From: a virus
Taxonomy: Duplodnaviria; Caudoviricetes
Direction: 5' to 3' (one strand)
Length of the DNA: 64,000 bases
Virus record (IMG/VR): IMGVR_UViG_3300020276_000001
Span: 39,993-103,992 of that record
In this document: piece by piece, positions 39,392 through 48,975 of the stretch
How positions within the stretch are numbered: position 1 is the stretch's first letter
Layout: each line of letters opens with the position of its first letter
Program-made: the position numbers and the translations under genes
The notes under the pieces: generated by a model
What the model was told of the DNA's origin: nothing
Database searches by the model: none
Seen by the model: the letters and a program-made list of their open reading frames with translations, nothing else

Positions 39392-40150
39392 ATGTCAGAT
39401 TTAAAAAGCATGAAACAAGAAGTATTTGATTACATCAACCTAAGTTTAGGTGGTGGAATGGTGGACGTAGAGCTTGATCCAGAGCACTACGAAACAGCAT
39501 TAAAGAAATCACTTGCAAAATTCAGACAAAGATCTGATAACTCTGTTGAGGAATCATACATATTTTTACCAACAGTTATTGATCAGAATACATATATCCT
39601 ACCACAAGAAATTGTAGAGGTTAGAAGAATATTTAGAAGAAGTATTGGATCAAGAAGTGGTGGAGGTGATGGTGGTACATTATTTGAACCATTCAACCTA
39701 GCATACACTAACACGTACCTTTTAGCAAGTACTAACATGGGCGGACTTGCTACCTATGATATGTTTAGTCAATATCAAGAATTAGTAGGAAGAATGTTTG
39801 GTAGTTTTATTGAATTCAAATGGAACACTACAACAAAAGAACTAGTTATACTACAACGCCCTAGAGCAGAAGAAGAATTATTATTGTATTGCTATAACTA
39901 TAGACCAGATTCAGAATTATTAAAAGATTATCTAGCCCAACAATGGATAAAAGACTATGCACTCGCTACGTGTAAATATATGCTTGGCGAAGCAAGAAGC
40001 AAGTTTGCCACTATTGCTGGTCCACAGGGTGGATCAACACTTAACGGTGACGCACTTAAAAACGAAGCAGTCGCTGAAATGGAAAAACTTGACGAAGAAC
40101 TTAAGACGCAAATAGCAGGTGGTGTTGGATACGGATTCACAATCGGTTAA
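39392..40150 (+). CDS. neck protein (T4 gp13-like); likely start MSDLK at 39392
   Basis: LGG..VDVEL...., WIKDYALA.CK..LG..RSKF..I.GP.GG.TLNG..L..EA..E...L.EEL. Confidence 0.85.
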   Translation: MSDLKSMKQEVFDYINLSLGGGMVDVELDPEHYETALKKSLAKFRQRSDNSVEESYIFLPTVIDQNTYILPQEIVEVRRIFRRSIGSRSGGGDGGTLFEPFNLAYTNTYLLASTNMGGLATYDMFSQYQELVGRMFGSFIEFKWNTTTKELVILQRPRAEEELLLYCYNYRPDSELLKDYLAQQWIKDYALATCKYMLGEARSKFATIAGPQGGSTLNGDALKNEAVAEMEKLDEELKTQIAGGVGYGFTIG

Positions 40151-40157
40151 TAAACAC

Positions 40158-40186
40158 TTGACATCTATCTAAATATATCATATAAT
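40158..40186 (+). promoter_or_regulatory. sigma70-type early/middle promoter
   Basis: Perfect TTGACA-N17-TATAAT. Confidence 0.85.
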
Positions 40187-40222
40187 ATTAATATTAACAC
40201 TAACGAAAGGAACATTGTTCTG

Positions 40223-40423
40223 ATGAATAAATTGTGTTTAATTACTATAATGGCTTTTATGTTGAGTGCTTGTAGCATTCCATCAAATCCTTCATTATCA
40301 TTTGGTAAGAAGTGTTCGGTGAGTAAGGGTCAAATTACATATTCTTACGTTTGGTTGTATGACAAAGAACTAGGTCTAACAGCAAACAAAGAAGATTGTC
40401 AATATATTGAGGAAAAGGACTAA
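40223..40423 (+). CDS. small lipoprotein
   Basis: MNK, hydrophobic stretch, then lipobox LSA|C. Two further Cys in the mature part. Confidence 0.7.
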   Translation: MNKLCLITIMAFMLSACSIPSNPSLSFGKKCSVSKGQITYSYVWLYDKELGLTANKEDCQYIEEKD

Positions 40424-40426
40424 ACT

Positions 40427-41020
40427 ATGATTATTGGAATCTGCGGATTGATTGGATCGGGCAAAGACACTATTGCTGATTATTTGATTAGGAAACATGA
40501 TTTCGAAAAGATTAGTTTTGCTGATAAACTCAAAGACTCTGTAAGCACCATGTTTGATTGGGATCGTGAATTGCTAGATGGCAAGACCGATGAGAGTAGA
40601 GCATGGCGTGAAGAAGTAGATGAGTATTGGACAAAAGAAACCGGTGAAACCATTACCCCTAGATTAGTACTACAGTTATTTGGTACAGAATGTATGCGTG
40701 ATGGTTTCTACGACGGTATATGGGTTAGCTTAACAAAGAAGAAAATACTAGATAATCCAGACAAGCACTTTGTAATACCAGATGTACGTTTTCCAAACGA
40801 AGCTAAAATGCTATATGAAGTAAAAGGCCAAGTATGGAGAGTAGTGCGTGGTGAAGATCCTAAATGGTTTATTGACTATAGAGACTATGGCATAGAGCCT
40901 AAAGACGTACACCCTTCAGAATGGGCTTGGGCTAAAACTAAATTTACACATATTGTAGATAATAACAAAACAGTAAATGATCTTAGAAATCAGGTACAAG
41001 ATCTCCTTGCTTCCACTTAA
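40427..41020 (+). CDS. deoxynucleoside monophosphate kinase (T4 gp1-like)
   Basis: IIGICGLIGSGKDT P-loop, SFAD.LK, TPR..LQ.FGTE, I.DVRFPNE, H.SE. Confidence 0.9.
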   Translation: MIIGICGLIGSGKDTIADYLIRKHDFEKISFADKLKDSVSTMFDWDRELLDGKTDESRAWREEVDEYWTKETGETITPRLVLQLFGTECMRDGFYDGIWVSLTKKKILDNPDKHFVIPDVRFPNEAKMLYEVKGQVWRVVRGEDPKWFIDYRDYGIEPKDVHPSEWAWAKTKFTHIVDNNKTVNDLRNQVQDLLAST

Positions 41021-41321
41021 ATCCTTCTTTATATAAAATCTTAGTACAATTAGCACATACAGTTTTTAAGTTGCTATATCTAACATTATTCATATCACCA
41101 TCAACATAGTATACTGAAAACTGTTCTTTGTGTTTGCTTTTGTATCCACACTTATCACAAACCTTCTTTTGCTCATACCCTGCTTGTTTCCACTTGGGTG
41201 GGCTATATCGTACCTTACCATATCTGGTACAGGCTTCACACTTACTACGATAGAAAGTTTTACCTTTCTTTTTATAGTTTATAGCAACAGGTCTTTGGCC
41301 ACATTTACATAAAGGTCTCAT
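40983..41321 (-). CDS. Zn-finger HNH-like protein with degenerate catalytic motif
   Basis: CxC and CxxC pairs. VYYVDGDMNN....NLKTVCANC where HNH nucleases have HH.DG...NN...NL..LC.NCH. Confidence 0.65.
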   Translation of the reverse strand: MRPLCKCGQRPVAINYKKKGKTFYRSKCEACTRYGKVRYSPPKWKQAGYEQKKVCDKCGYKSKHKEQFSVYYVDGDMNNVRYSNLKTVCANCTKILYKEGFKWKQGDLVPDF

Positions 41322-41326
41322 ATATG

Positions 41327-41334
41327 TATTTACC
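41327..41334 (-). promoter_or_regulatory. late promoter variant GGTAAATA, 5 nt before ATG
   Basis: Reverse strand reads GGTAAATA-CATAT-ATG. Confidence 0.5.
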
Positions 41335-41389
41335 TGCCCTTTGTGACCCCTTTTTCAGGGTAGTTATAGCCGTGAATTGTGAGTTTTGG

Positions 41390-41397
41390 TATAAATA
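41390..41397 (+). promoter_or_regulatory. T4 late promoter TATAAATA
   Basis: Exact consensus upstream of the sheath RBS AGGAG. Confidence 0.8.
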
Positions 41398-41432
41398 ATA
41401 GTAACAAGCATTATGCTAACAGGAGAAACAAA

Positions 41433-44400
41433 ATGGCTTTAGTATCACCAGGAGTACAGGTTTCCGTAATAGACGAAAGTTTTTACACGCCGGCGGAACC
41501 AGGTACAGTACCAATGATTTTTGTTGTATCTGCTCAAGATAAAGTAAACGCATCTGGAACAGGAACAGCAACGGCAACAACAAGTGCGAATGCGGAAAAA
41601 CCGTATTTAATAACTTCACAAAGAGAATTAGTAGAATTGTTCGGAGATCCAACTTTCTACACAGATACAAATAATAATGCGTTACATGGTAACGAGCTAA
41701 ATGAATACGGATTACAAGCGGCCTACTCATACTTGGGTGTGGCAAACAGAGCTTACGTAACTAGAGCAAACTTAAACACTTCAGAGTTGGTTGCAACTGC
41801 AACTGCTCCAGCGGCAAGTCCAGCAGACGGAACATACTGGTTTGATACTGCTAATAGTGTATTTGGTATCTTTGAATGGAATTCAGCGGCGGCAACGACA
41901 ACTGGTGGTCAGAGCTTTAGCAATAAGATTCCAACAGTAATTACAGATGCAACTAAGGTAACAGGCGGAACACCTAAAACTTCTGTTGGCGCAGTAGGTG
42001 ACTATGCCATTGTTGCAACTACAACTTTAAATAAATTTTTCTACAAAAACGCAAGTGGTACTTGGGTACAAGTAGGTTCAAGTGCATGGATTGGTTCATG
42101 GGCTACAGTAACAGGAACTGAAAGCAATCCAACTATAACTGGTTCAGCTACAATGAGTTTAAACTCAACTGTTGTAACAGCAGGTGGTACAGCATTAAGT
42201 GATGTTGTAACAGCTATTGCTGGTGCAGGTATTGCCGGTGTAAGTGCCGCAGTAGTTGATGGTAAATTAGAAATTTATTCAACAGGCGTTGATATTGTAT
42301 TGGCAACTAACGCCTCTACACTATTAACAGAGATTGGCTTAACAGCAGGAACTTACAAGGCTCCAGCATTAAGTATTGCTCCACACACATCAGTACCAGC
42401 TTACAAATCAACTGATACTGCTCCAAAACCAACTGGATCACTTTGGATTAAGACTACAACTCCAAACTTAGGTGCTAACTGGAAAGTTAAGAAGTGGAAC
42501 GCAACTACTAAATTATGGGAAACTGTAACTGCTCCAATTTACGCAACTAACCAAGCGGCGTTATACGGTTTAGATAAAACTGGTGGCGGTGTTAACTTGG
42601 CTGTTGGTGCATTATACATTAACTATAATAATGCAGAAGCAACAGACGTAGTTGGTGACTTTAAAATTCACAGACGTGTAGCAACAGGTAATACTTCAAT
42701 TACTTCAAGTATTATTGCGGCACAGGTAACAGCAGGAACTTACGCATTTAACATTCAAGAAACTTTAGTTAACAATGCGGCATTACAGGCTGACAAAACT
42801 ATTAGTGTAACAACTACTGGTGCGTCAAGTGATGCAGATGTTATTGCAGGTGCTATTAATAGTGCAGGCTTTACAAACATTATTGCAAGTGTTGATGCAA
42901 GTAACAGAATTGTTATTTCACACAATGACGGTGGTGACTTTAGAATTAAAGACACAGGTGGCGTATTAGCATTAGCAGGATACTCTGCTTACGTTGATGC
43001 AAACTCAGGTACACCGAACTTATACACAGCACCAACAGGTGATACAGCACATGACCTTGTTGCAAGTAACTGGCAAGTATTAACTTATACTGCAAGTGCA
43101 ACGGCTGTAACAGCATTAACAACTGACAAAACTTTATGGTACAGTTCAATTGTTGACGAAGTAGACATCATGATACACAATGGTACTACTTGGGTAGGTT
43201 ATCAAGATTCAACTGCTCCATACTATGCGGCAAGTGATAGTGATAAAACAGATCCAAAAGGTCCAATCGTAAGTGCTACAGAGCCAACTTTACAATCAGA
43301 TGGTACTGCACTTAAAAACGGTGACTTGTGGATTTCAACAGCAGACTTAGAAAACTATCCTAAGATCTACAAATACAACGGTACTACATTACTTTGGGTA
43401 CTAGTTGATAATTCAGATCAAACTACAGAAGATGGTATTGAGTTTGCAGATGCAAGATACAATACAGCAGGTTCTAATAGTGCAACAGCAGGAACTATTG
43501 AAGCACTATTAAGTTCAAACTTCTTAGACCCAGATGCTCCAGATCCAGCACTATATCCAAAAGGTATGTTGTTATGGAACTTAAGACGTTCTGGATTTAA
43601 CGTTAAGAAATTTGTTAGAAACAGCATTAACACAGCAGGTAACAATGCTAGATTTAATAACAACGAATCAATGGCAGGATACTACTCACACAGATGGGTA
43701 ACTGAATCAGCTAACCAGGCAAATGGTGCAGGTTCATTTGGTAGAAAAGCTCAAAGAAAAGTTGTTGTTCAAGCATTACAGGCAATGGTTAACGGAAACC
43801 AAGAGGTTAGAGATGATCAATCAAGAATCTTTAACTTAATGGCTTGTCCAGGTTACTCAGAGCTAATTGGTGAAATGGTAACACTAAACACAGACAGAGG
43901 CTTAACAGCATTTGTTGTTGGTGACCTTCCATTTAGATTACCAAGTGATGCAACTTCAATTAATAACTATGCAACAAACGTTAACCTAGCAGTTGAAGAT
44001 AATGATGACGGACTTGTAACAAGCGATGAATACATGGGTACTTTTTATCCAAGTTTATTCTCAAGCGATAATGCAGGTAAGAACATTGTTGTTCCAGCGT
44101 CACATGGTATACTTAGAACTATAGCATTAAGTGATAGTGTTTCGTTTCCATGGTTTGCTCCAGCAGGAACAAGACGTGGTGGAATAACTAACGCCTCAAG
44201 TGCAGGTTACATTAGTAGCGAAGGTGAATTTAAAGCAGTAGCATTGAACACAGGACAACGTGATACATTGTACAGCAATAAAATTAACCCAATTACGTTC
44301 TTAACAGGTGCAGGACTTGTAAACTACGGACAAAAAACTAGAGCCAAGAATGCTAGTGCGTTAGACAGAATTAACGTTGCTAGACTAGTTGTTTATCTAA

Positions 44401-44681
44401 GAGGACAGTTAGACAAACTTGCTAAACCTTATATCTTTGAACCAAACGATAAGATTACTAGAGATGAGATAAAAGCTCAAGCTGATAGCTTATTACTAGA
44501 GTTAGTTGGACAAAGAGCATTATATGACTTCTTAGTTGTATGTGATGAATCAAACAACACACCAACAAGAATTGATAGAAATGAACTTTATTTGGATATA
44601 GCGATTGAGCCGGTTAAAGCAGTTGAGTTTATTTACATTCCGTTAAGACTTAAAAACACAGGTGAAATAGCATCGCTTTAA
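41433..44681 (+). CDS. tail sheath protein (T4 gp18-like), enlarged
   Basis: MALVSPGV.V..IDES start. C-terminal PWFAPAG..RG, LY.N.INPI, GQKT, SALDRINV.RL, FEPND..TR, CDE.NNTP..ID.NEL, P.KA.EFIY. Confidence 0.93.
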   Translation: MALVSPGVQVSVIDESFYTPAEPGTVPMIFVVSAQDKVNASGTGTATATTSANAEKPYLITSQRELVELFGDPTFYTDTNNNALHGNELNEYGLQAAYSYLGVANRAYVTRANLNTSELVATATAPAASPADGTYWFDTANSVFGIFEWNSAAATTTGGQSFSNKIPTVITDATKVTGGTPKTSVGAVGDYAIVATTTLNKFFYKNASGTWVQVGSSAWIGSWATVTGTESNPTITGSATMSLNSTVVTAGGTALSDVVTAIAGAGIAGVSAAVVDGKLEIYSTGVDIVLATNASTLLTEIGLTAGTYKAPALSIAPHTSVPAYKSTDTAPKPTGSLWIKTTTPNLGANWKVKKWNATTKLWETVTAPIYATNQAALYGLDKTGGGVNLAVGALYINYNNAEATDVVGDFKIHRRVATGNTSITSSIIAAQVTAGTYAFNIQETLVNNAALQADKTISVTTTGASSDADVIAGAINSAGFTNIIASVDASNRIVISHNDGGDFRIKDTGGVLALAGYSAYVDANSGTPNLYTAPTGDTAHDLVASNWQVLTYTASATAVTALTTDKTLWYSSIVDEVDIMIHNGTTWVGYQDSTAPYYAASDSDKTDPKGPIVSATEPTLQSDGTALKNGDLWISTADLENYPKIYKYNGTTLLWVLVDNSDQTTEDGIEFADARYNTAGSNSATAGTIEALLSSNFLDPDAPDPALYPKGMLLWNLRRSGFNVKKFVRNSINTAGNNARFNNNESMAGYYSHRWVTESANQANGAGSFGRKAQRKVVVQALQAMVNGNQEVRDDQSRIFNLMACPGYSELIGEMVTLNTDRGLTAFVVGDLPFRLPSDATSINNYATNVNLAVEDNDDGLVTSDEYMGTFYPSLFSSDNAGKNIVVPASHGILRTIALSDSVSFPWFAPAGTRRGGITNASSAGYISSEGEFKAVALNTGQRDTLYSNKINPITFLTGAGLVNYGQKTRAKNASALDRINVARLVVYLRGQLDKLAKPYIFEPNDKITRDEIKAQADSLLLELVGQRALYDFLVVCDESNNTPTRIDRNELYLDIAIEPVKAVEFIYIPLRLKNTGEIASL

Positions 44682-44684
44682 AAG

Positions 44685-44692
44685 GATAAATA
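44685..44692 (+). promoter_or_regulatory. late promoter (GATAAATA)
   Basis: Between sheath and tube genes. Confidence 0.65.
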
Positions 44693-44714
44693 TATTTAAC
44701 AGGAGATATTAACA

Positions 44715-45344
44715 ATGGCAATTTCAACATTAAGCAAAATTACAGTCCCATTAGATTCTAGTTCGTCTAGTTCTAATCAGGGCTTGTTGATGCCGAAACT
44801 CCAGTATCGCTTTAGAGTGAGCTTAGAGAATTTCGGAGTATCAACACCAACTACAGAGTTAACAAAACAGGTTGTTGACGTAACAAGACCAAACGTAAGT
44901 TTTGAAGACATCCAAGTTGATGTATACAACTCAAGAGTATTCCTTGCAGGAAAACATACTTGGGAACCTATTACATTAAACTTAAGAGAAGATGTATCAA
45001 ACAACGTACAGAAACTTGTTGGTGAACAACTACAGAAACAATTCGATTTCTTCGAACAGTCAAGTGCGGCATCAGGTAGCGATTACAAATTCGTTACAAG
45101 AATTGAAATACTAGACGGTGGTAACGGAATCAATACTGCAAACGTATTAGAAACATTTGAATTATACGGTTGTTATTTACAAAGTGCTAACTATAATACA
45201 TTAGCATACGCAACAAACGATCCAGTAACAGTTGCATTAGCAATTAGATACGACAACGCAATCCAAACACCACAAGGAACAGGTGTAGGAACAGCAGTTG
45301 GACGAACTGTAAATACTTTAATTACAGGCGGCGGATCTACATAA
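44715..45344 (+). CDS. tail tube protein (gp19-like)
   Basis: Follows sheath. PKLQYRFRV...RP........AGK.TW..IT...E..L.GC........L.Y........L.I.YD. Confidence 0.85.
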   Translation: MAISTLSKITVPLDSSSSSSNQGLLMPKLQYRFRVSLENFGVSTPTTELTKQVVDVTRPNVSFEDIQVDVYNSRVFLAGKHTWEPITLNLREDVSNNVQKLVGEQLQKQFDFFEQSSAASGSDYKFVTRIEILDGGNGINTANVLETFELYGCYLQSANYNTLAYATNDPVTVALAIRYDNAIQTPQGTGVGTAVGRTVNTLITGGGST

Positions 45345-45374
45345 GATTAAAAGTAATATTTCCTGAATATATAA

Positions 45375-45403
45375 AGGGTGTCTTTTTAGGCACCCTTTTT
45401 TTT
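45375..45403 (+). terminator. intrinsic terminator
   Basis: AGGGTGTCT-TTTT-AGGCACCCT stem followed by a T run. Confidence 0.85.
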
Positions 45404-45424
45404 ATCTGCGTACTTAATTATATT

Positions 45425-45432
45425 GATAAATA
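45425..45432 (+). promoter_or_regulatory. late promoter GATAAATA, 5 nt before ATG
   Basis: GATAAATA-TTAGT-ATG(45438). Confidence 0.65.
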
Positions 45433-45437
45433 TTAGT

Positions 45438-46811
45438 ATGGCAAACAAACTTAATGGATTTCTGGATAATGTAGTTAGTGGTGCTTTAAGCCCAAAGGGT
45501 AACCTGGGTGACTTTGCACACGCGGCTAGACTGTATGTAGATGATGCACACAGATTATCCCCTAAACACAAATTTTTATATCACGTAAGTTTTAACTTAA
45601 ACCCTAAAGCGGTTGCAGTTATTCCTCAGTTAAAAACTCAGGAACTTAATATGCTTGTTAAAAGTGTTGACTTACCTAAGTACTCAATTAGTACAACACT
45701 AAAACATCAATACAATAAAAAAGCAAACTTACAAACAAGATTAGACTATGACCCTATCAACATAGTGTTCCATGATGATAACTATGGCTCAACTACAACT
45801 TTGTGGGAAGCCTACTATAGATATTATTATAGAGATGGAAACTATGCGGCACCAGTTGGAGCAACTACTCCTAATGAAACAAGCGCCGCATATATGAGAA
45901 GTAACACATACGGTAACGAAAAACATAACTCTTATAGATACGGATTTGACAACGATAGTCATGAACACTTTTTTAGAAGTATACAAATTTACCAAATGGC
46001 AAGAAAAAGGTATACTTGTTTTACATTAGTAAATCCCATCATTAGTGAATGGGGTCATGATACTATGGAAAATAGTTCTAGTGATGCAGTACAAAATACA
46101 ATGCAGATTCAATATGAAACTGTTTGGTATGCAAGAGGTGGAGTAACTGAAGGAGCGTCACCTAAGTCATTTGGACAGGCCAGTGGACACTATGATAGTA
46201 TGCCATCACCTAATTCATTAGCAGGTGGAGGAGCAACTAACTTATTTGGTCAAGGTGGTGTAGCCGCAGGTGCGGCAGATATCTTTGGAGACATTACAAG
46301 TGGACAAGCATTTAGTTCTCCATCAAGTTTCTTAGGAACAGTTTTAAAAACAACAAGTGTATTAGGTAATGCAAAAAATTTATCTAAGGACGGATTAAGA
46401 CAAGAAGGCTTTGGTATATTAAAAGATCAAATTGGATCAGCGGCTGGCATAGATGTTAGTGGTGTAGCCAATACAGCATTTCCTAAGACAGCAAGTCTAG
46501 GTAGCCTTGGTGATATTACAAAAGCTGTGGCAGGTGTTGCCGGAGCAAGTGCAGTTATGAAAGCAGTAAGCGGAGATAAACCTCTAGGATCTATAAGTAC
46601 TTTCTTAGCTAGTAATCCAGGTGCATTAGATAACTTAACTAAATCAACAACATTTAAAAAGCAACATCTCAGAGATGGTGGCGCCGCAAGTCCAAATGCT
46701 ATAACTACTGCATGGAACAATATAAGTAGTGGAGCCAAGAGTGCTTATAATAATTTAACAAGTCAAAATTTAAAAACCCACAGTAAAAGTGGGAACGTGG
46801 ACTGGACATAA
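45438..46811 (+). CDS. tube-like baseplate/tail-tube initiator (gp54/gp48-like)
   Basis: LVKSVDLP......QYN.K.....YDPI.I.FHDD...L.NP.I...HD......YE tube-fold pattern. Follows the tube gene. Confidence 0.6.
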   Translation: MANKLNGFLDNVVSGALSPKGNLGDFAHAARLYVDDAHRLSPKHKFLYHVSFNLNPKAVAVIPQLKTQELNMLVKSVDLPKYSISTTLKHQYNKKANLQTRLDYDPINIVFHDDNYGSTTTLWEAYYRYYYRDGNYAAPVGATTPNETSAAYMRSNTYGNEKHNSYRYGFDNDSHEHFFRSIQIYQMARKRYTCFTLVNPIISEWGHDTMENSSSDAVQNTMQIQYETVWYARGGVTEGASPKSFGQASGHYDSMPSPNSLAGGGATNLFGQGGVAAGAADIFGDITSGQAFSSPSSFLGTVLKTTSVLGNAKNLSKDGLRQEGFGILKDQIGSAAGIDVSGVANTAFPKTASLGSLGDITKAVAGVAGASAVMKAVSGDKPLGSISTFLASNPGALDNLTKSTTFKKQHLRDGGAASPNAITTAWNNISSGAKSAYNNLTSQNLKTHSKSGNVDWT

Positions 46812-47173
46812 TGCCTAACTTACCTGCAGAAATAAAAAACACACAACAAAAAGTTGCTAAATTCTTTAACGAATATTATTCAGCACCTTTAGAATTTCCA
46901 TCAAACGAAGTTGATGCAGTAATAGGATTTTTTGAAAATAGAGGATTTGAAAAAACATCTGCGGCGACGATTGGTTCAGTATTAATGAGACAAGCAAAGA
47001 TTGATGAAGTAAAAATATTTGAATTGCTTGACACATTAAAAGGATTTGATGAAGTACAACTTTCAAAAGTAGTAACAGAAGTTTTAAATTACAATAGGCA
47101 GAAGATGAGTTCTTTAGGCTATAAAATAGATCAATCTGATAGTAAATTAGAATCACGAAACATATTGGTGTAG
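46811..47173 (+). CDS. hypothetical protein
   Basis: 120-aa ORF coupled (TAATG) to the upstream gene. Confidence 0.6.
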   Translation: MPNLPAEIKNTQQKVAKFFNEYYSAPLEFPSNEVDAVIGFFENRGFEKTSAATIGSVLMRQAKIDEVKIFELLDTLKGFDEVQLSKVVTEVLNYNRQKMSSLGYKIDQSDSKLESRNILV

Positions 47174-47177
47174 TCCT

Positions 47178-47615
47178 ATGCCAAAGTTTGCACAAGGCAG
47201 ATATACATTAAAGAATCCTACAAAGTATCTAGGAAACAAAACTCCATTATACAGATCAAGTTGGGAATTTGCATTTATGAAATTCTGTGATGAGTCACCT
47301 TCAGTAAGTAGATGGGCAAGTGAGGCAATAAAGATTCCATATAAAAATCCTTTGACAGGTAAGATGACAATATACGTTCCAGACTTTATGATACAGTATA
47401 CTGATGCAAGAGGAAAGTCACACGCAGAACTTATTGAAGTAAAACCTGAAAATCAAATGAAGTTAAAGGAAGTAGGCAGAGATAAATTTAGACAGGCACA
47501 ATACGTGCAGAACGTAGCAAAGTGGGAAGCCGCGAGGGCGTGGTGTAAGAATAAAAAGATCTTTTTTAGAGTTATCACTGAGAAGGACATATTCCATCAG
47601 GGGAATAGAAAATGA
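47178..47615 (+). CDS. head completion nuclease (T4 gp4-like, TnsA-type)
   Basis: G.Y...NP.KY.G......RSSWE..FM..CD......W.SE...IPY......Y.PDF...EVKP...N.AKW.AA..WC...F..ITE. Confidence 0.9.
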   Translation: MPKFAQGRYTLKNPTKYLGNKTPLYRSSWEFAFMKFCDESPSVSRWASEAIKIPYKNPLTGKMTIYVPDFMIQYTDARGKSHAELIEVKPENQMKLKEVGRDKFRQAQYVQNVAKWEAARAWCKNKKIFFRVITEKDIFHQGNRK

Positions 47616-47621
47616 GGGTAA

Positions 47622-47858
47622 ATGGTAATCCACGCATTCATGCTAGTCGTGGTTTTAGGAACAGGAGAAGATCGTAGGGAACAAAGAGACCCTATGTATT
47701 TTAGAAGTATAGACGTTTGTCAGTATTATGCTAAACGCATACCTAGGCAATACGGTAACTATAGTTACTCCTCGTATGTTGATCCTAAGGATAGGGTTAC
47801 TGCATATTGCAAACCAATTAAAGTAGATGATACCAAAGTGTTAGTTTACGATCATTAA
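47622..47858 (+). CDS. hypothetical protein
   Basis: 78 aa, GAGG RBS, F.S...C...A...C.P pattern. Confidence 0.55.
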   Translation: MVIHAFMLVVVLGTGEDRREQRDPMYFRSIDVCQYYAKRIPRQYGNYSYSSYVDPKDRVTAYCKPIKVDDTKVLVYDH

Positions 47859-47896
47859 TTAAGCTAAATAATAGTAGCATATAATGGACAGTAATT

Positions 47897-48391
47897 ATGA
47901 CCAAAAAACTTGAAGAACTATTAAACTTACCTGACTCTAAAGAGATTATAGATCAGGAAAAAGCTAAAGCTAAAACCAAAGAAAAAGCTGTAGTAGAACA
48001 AAAAGAAGATTTTCGCGACATAGCAGAATTGGATAAGATCAATGCGGCACTACCACAGGTTAAGGGCTTGGGAGAAATGGCTGATACAGAACTAAATGAT
48101 GTAGCAGATAAGGCCATGACAGCATATGAAGACTTAATGGATTTGGGCATGAATGTTGAATCACGTTATAGTGGTCGTGTGTTTGAGGTTGCAGGACAAA
48201 TGCTTAAGACTAACTTAGATGCCAAAACAGCCAAGCTACAGAACAAATTAAAGATGGTAGAACTGCAATTACGCAAAGAAAAGCAGGATAAAGACGGTGG
48301 TATTGACAGTGATTCGCTAGTAAATGGTGAAGGTTATGTAGTAACAGACCGTAATAGTTTACTTAATAAATTGAAAAACATGGATAAATAA
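47897..48391 (+). CDS. probable terminase small subunit (gp16-like)
   Basis: Helical protein with R.FEVA..ML......K..L and C-terminal V.DRN.LL. Near the large terminase. GCTAAATA box at 47863-47870. Confidence 0.5.
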   Translation: MTKKLEELLNLPDSKEIIDQEKAKAKTKEKAVVEQKEDFRDIAELDKINAALPQVKGLGEMADTELNDVADKAMTAYEDLMDLGMNVESRYSGRVFEVAGQMLKTNLDAKTAKLQNKLKMVELQLRKEKQDKDGGIDSDSLVNGEGYVVTDRNSLLNKLKNMDK

Positions 48392-48408
48392 ACATATAAG
48401 GAAAAACA

Positions 48409-48975
48409 ATGAAGACGTTTGAAAAATATCTAACAGAAGCAAAGAAGACTTACAAGTTTAAGTTTGGTATTGCAGGTGATTTACCAGAAGGTTTTGTTGA
48501 CAGTTGCGAAAGCTGTTTACAAAAGTTTGGGCTAGTTAATATAACTCCGCCTAAGAAAACACCCATTCAAGAACGTCCATTAGATTTTCCTAAATTACAA
48601 AACGTAGAAACTCATTACTTTGAAGTTGAGCTTTCTTACCCAACTACGGCACAGATACTAGGAGAATACATTTCACAAGTAACAAATGTTGATCCAGCTT
48701 ATATTTGTTTACGTGATGCAGAAGCACCACAAGAAGAATATCAAGATAAAGAGTATGTTAAAATTTATGAGCCTAAGTTAGGCACAGAAATGGAATCAGC
48801 TGATCCTGAAGCACAGAAAAAGGTTGGAGACAATCGTGTGATGGATTTACTTAAAGAGCTTGAAGGTGTTCGTAAGGAAAGAGAAAACGATCCAGGACAA
48901 TCAAACGTAGCTGATAAAGAACAAAAACATGATATGGGTGAACAAGGTAAAACTAGTCCAGTAGGGAGCAAATAA
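48409..48975 (+). CDS. probable prohead/internal head protein
   Basis: Late box GATAAATA at 48383-48390. N-terminus MKTFEKYLTEA resembles T4 capsid-targeting sequences. Confidence 0.5.
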   Translation: MKTFEKYLTEAKKTYKFKFGIAGDLPEGFVDSCESCLQKFGLVNITPPKKTPIQERPLDFPKLQNVETHYFEVELSYPTTAQILGEYISQVTNVDPAYICLRDAEAPQEEYQDKEYVKIYEPKLGTEMESADPEAQKKVGDNRVMDLLKELEGVRKERENDPGQSNVADKEQKHDMGEQGKTSPVGSK

